A DNA stretch of 64,000 nt from a virus: IMG/VR virus record IMGVR_UViG_3300048999_000191. One strand, given 5' to 3'. The notes beneath the pieces were generated by a model, which was not told where the DNA came from, ran no database searches, and saw only the letters and a list, made by a program, of their open reading frames with translations. Position numbers and translations under genes: made by a program. Below are positions 61,671 to 64,000 of the stretch, one piece after another. Numbering within the stretch: the first letter of the stretch is position 1; each line of letters begins with the position of its first letter.

Positions 61671-64000
61671 TCCTCGTGAGGAACTTCGCGCACTACGCGC
61701 AGCGGATGCGGTGTCTTGAAGTCATTCGGGCCGTAGTCCTTCTTGAAGTCGCCGGTCGGCTCGACTTCGTACACCCGTCCCTTGTGACCGAGGTTGCGAG
61801 CGTAGGATGCGGCCGTTTCTCGGTCGGTGGTGAAGTAGTTGTGCGTCGATTTCGGCCCCTCGTCACCCCAGTTGTTCGGCTTCCGGCCGACAGTGATGTG
61901 ATCACCAGGTCCGACCTTCGCCCGGCCGCCGTGGTAGAGCGGGCCTTCGATCTCCCGGTCCTGATCCTGGTAGCCGCTGGCCGTCTGCACGGTCTGGCGG
62001 TATGGGTGCCTCGCGCCATGCGTGACCATGTTGTTGCTCTGGGGACGATTCGCTGAGCCCGGACCGAGGACTTCGGCCATCTTGCTGGCGAGACGCGCCA
62101 TGGCGCTCGCCGTCTCAGCGGCTTCCTTCTTCGGTCGCCGCTGAACCTGCTTGATGATCCCGTCGGCGTTGTGCCGGACTTCCTGGTTGTGGCCTCCCTT
62201 GTAGACCACCATCCCGTGCACGGTGTCCGGGCCGTTGTAGCCCCACTCGTGCACGTCACCCTCGGTGTGCAGGTGCTTGGCGGGGACCCGGGCGCGGATC
62301 ACCGGGTAGTCGTTCTTGGAATCGCTCATTCGGCCTTCGCCGCGCGCGTAGTCCTTGGAGGTCGACACCCAATCGCCGGGGCGGATGCCTTTGTGCGCGT
62401 GCTCGGCAGGCAGCGCCCGGTAGACGTGGATCATTTTCTCAGGCTGATCTCGGGCAGCACGGATCACGCTCGCGCTGTCGTGGAAGTGCTCCTGGCCGTA
62501 GTGGTAGTACTCCGGGTGCTCGTAGAAGTCCGGCATGTGCTTCTCGACGTCGTGCAGCGGAGCGCCATAGTCGGCGTCCGGCGCCTGGTGCTGCATCCGG
62601 TAGTCGTCTTCGTCAGATGCCACGCGGGCCTCCAGTGCGGCTGTCGTCGCACCGGATACTACCTGAAGAGGTAGTTCAATGGATCCCTTTGCCTGCATGA
62701 GCGCCATCGGGCCGGGCTCGGAGATCGGGCACACCTGCTGCTGCCAGCGGGTCTCCCAGGGACACGGACCCCGGTCCTGTGGGATGCCCAGCACGTGACC
62801 ACCGGCGCTGATGTCGCCGGGGTAGGTGCAGCGCGCTGTCCGGCGCCAGGTGCACCAGTCCGGCCCGTCTGCCGCCGCCGTCTTTTGGTGGCCGGGCGCC
62901 GAGCAGAAGCCGTCGTCGTGGTGGTCCAGCTCATGCCGGAGCGCCTCGGCCTCGTCGTCGGTGTCGAAACCGCAGCCCAGGTACGCGCCCGCCAGCGCCG
63001 AGTACTTCTTCAGCGAGCGCGGCAGGCGCTTGGAGATCGGCGACCATTCGGGCTCGGGGAACCCGTGCTTGTCGGCGTCGTAAACGTGGCCTTCGACCTG
63101 CTTGTCCCCGCGCAGCATCGCGGCGGCAGTCCGGTGGTGGCCGTCCAGCGTGTAGTAGTCGTCGTGGTGCTTGACGAAGATCGGCCGGTCGTTGGCCGGG
63201 TAGTTCGGCCGCCCGCTGCCCGACTTGCGCCCGGGGTCGTTCAGGTACGCGTCAACACCCCGCTTCGTCACACGCGGCTGCGTCGCGTAGACGTTGCCGC
63301 CGCCCAGCGGGACCGGCCGGATTTCGCCCTTGGCGTGCCAGTGCGCGAAGTCGTTCTCGCGACCGCTGTAGCCCCGGAACTCGTGCACACCAGCATGCGC
63401 ACCGACCGCCTGCTCGTCGTCCCAGTCGGGGTTGTCGCCGTGGTCGGGGAAGTTCGTCTTCTGGGATTCGACGTACCCGGCGAAGCCCACTCGCTTGGTC
63501 GGGATCGTCTTGGTGTCGTCCTCCGGTTCGGCGGCCGCCGTGGTGCTCACGCGCGAGTCGAAGTCGAGGAAGTCGTTGATCCCGGCCTGCCCGCCCGCTC
63601 CGGACGCGCCCGAGCGCGGATCGACTGCCGGGGACGGGTGGTTCGAGGGGTCGCCGATCAGCTCGGGCGTCCACTGCGCGCCCTCGTGCGCGGACATCGT
63701 GCCGCCGCAGGTCGCGCAGGTGGCCTGCCGGACGCGGCCGTTGTCCGTCAGGTCCTTGAAGTCGGTCGAGCCGCAGTACGAGCAGCTGGACGGTCCGTCG
63801 CCGCCGGGCTCATCATGGTCCTCGGCATCCGCTTCCTGGCGCTCTTGACTCAACGTCGCCGTGAAGGTCATCTTGCCCGGGTCCGGCCGTTCGTCGAGGA
63901 TGCCACCCAACTCGGGGTAATCCTCGACGGCCAGGTGCACTCCGGCGGCAGACCGACTGGTCGGCATCTTGGACAGCATCGAGGCGCTGTAGTTGCCGCC
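61661..64000 (-). CDS. Polyvalent protein (5'-partial): Zn ribbon + ParB-like + Cys-rich + ART-like + Arr-like ADP-ribosyltransferase
   Basis: Frame is open to the window edge; LDGHHR; VYRA...PGDWVS.S..YA...EWGY; LYHG...YFT...RVYEVEPTG...PLRVVREV. Confidence 0.75.
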   Translation of the reverse strand, partial: GGNYSASMLSKMPTSRSAAGVHLAVEDYPELGGILDERPDPGKMTFTATLSQERQEADAEDHDEPGGDGPSSCSYCGSTDFKDLTDNGRVRQATCATCGGTMSAHEGAQWTPELIGDPSNHPSPAVDPRSGASGAGGQAGINDFLDFDSRVSTTAAAEPEDDTKTIPTKRVGFAGYVESQKTNFPDHGDNPDWDDEQAVGAHAGVHEFRGYSGRENDFAHWHAKGEIRPVPLGGGNVYATQPRVTKRGVDAYLNDPGRKSGSGRPNYPANDRPIFVKHHDDYYTLDGHHRTAAAMLRGDKQVEGHVYDADKHGFPEPEWSPISKRLPRSLKKYSALAGAYLGCGFDTDDEAEALRHELDHHDDGFCSAPGHQKTAAADGPDWCTWRRTARCTYPGDISAGGHVLGIPQDRGPCPWETRWQQQVCPISEPGPMALMQAKGSIELPLQVVSGATTAALEARVASDEDDYRMQHQAPDADYGAPLHDVEKHMPDFYEHPEYYHYGQEHFHDSASVIRAARDQPEKMIHVYRALPAEHAHKGIRPGDWVSTSKDYARGEGRMSDSKNDYPVIRARVPAKHLHTEGDVHEWGYNGPDTVHGMVVYKGGHNQEVRHNADGIIKQVQRRPKKEAAETASAMARLASKMAEVLGPGSANRPQSNNMVTHGARHPYRQTVQTASGYQDQDREIEGPLYHGGRAKVGPGDHITVGRKPNNWGDEGPKSTHNYFTTDRETAASYARNLGHKGRVYEVEPTGDFKKDYGPNDFKTPHPLRVVREVPHEEWA

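Larger units (their letters stand above)
1..64000. mobile_element. Large actinobacterial myovirus/prophage segment (Bxz1/cluster C-like organisation); no ends visible
   Basis: Contiguous capsid, neck, sheath, tube, tape measure, baseplate, lysis and replisome genes; no host housekeeping context in the window. Confidence 0.93.

Noticed and set aside
61661-61950. Calling this a bona fide arr resistance gene
   Set aside because: It is a domain of a large fusion protein with a shortened loop; rifamycin activity is unsupported
838-62674. Many long plus-strand ORFs (e.g. 838-2493, 22390-26343, 51132-53795) and the minus-strand ORF 17728-19917
   Set aside because: Antisense shadows of real genes in high-GC DNA; no motifs, no RBS, odd composition
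1-64000. tRNA/rRNA genes, integrase, terminase, portal, reverse transcriptase/DGR
   Set aside because: None recognised by eye; intergenic gaps are short and explained by terminators or promoters; a tRNAscan/Infernal run would be needed to exclude small RNAs

Overview
The whole window is part of a large, GC-rich actinobacterial tailed phage or prophage with a contractile tail. Its capsid protein and gene order resemble what I recall of Bxz1/cluster-C mycobacteriophage-like myoviruses. Almost all real genes lie on the minus strand. From right to left they are: multidomain ('polyvalent') head-region proteins, a membrane-protein cluster, head genes, neck, sheath, tube, frameshifted chaperone, tape measure, baseplate, fibre, lysis cassette, and a replication arm (SNF2 helicase, 5'-3' exonuclease, DnaB, primase, SSB, DnaE). 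A four-gene plus-strand island (HTH, initiator with internal iterons/palindromes, DnaC-like ATPase, DinG) interrupts this order. Main unusual points: (1) There are three inteins. Two sit in tail STRUCTURAL proteins (tail tube and baseplate J) and carry both LAGLIDADG motifs. The tube intein is a clear relative of the truncated DnaE intein and carries class-3 (WCT) hallmarks while keeping Cys1. (2) Polyvalent head-region proteins combine two ADP-ribosyltransferase-like domains (one Arr-like) with ParB-like, zincin, SWIM and Nudix domains. They are punctuated by [KR]-x-A-[AS] motifs and hide a nested 45-aa ORF. (3) A bipartite motif, CTGTC-N19-CCAAY-N4-GA, sits in front of seven late operons. 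(4) A baseplate gene apparently starts at ATC. I saw no tRNA, rRNA, CRISPR, integrase, terminase or portal. All functional calls come from motif reading and recall, not database searches.
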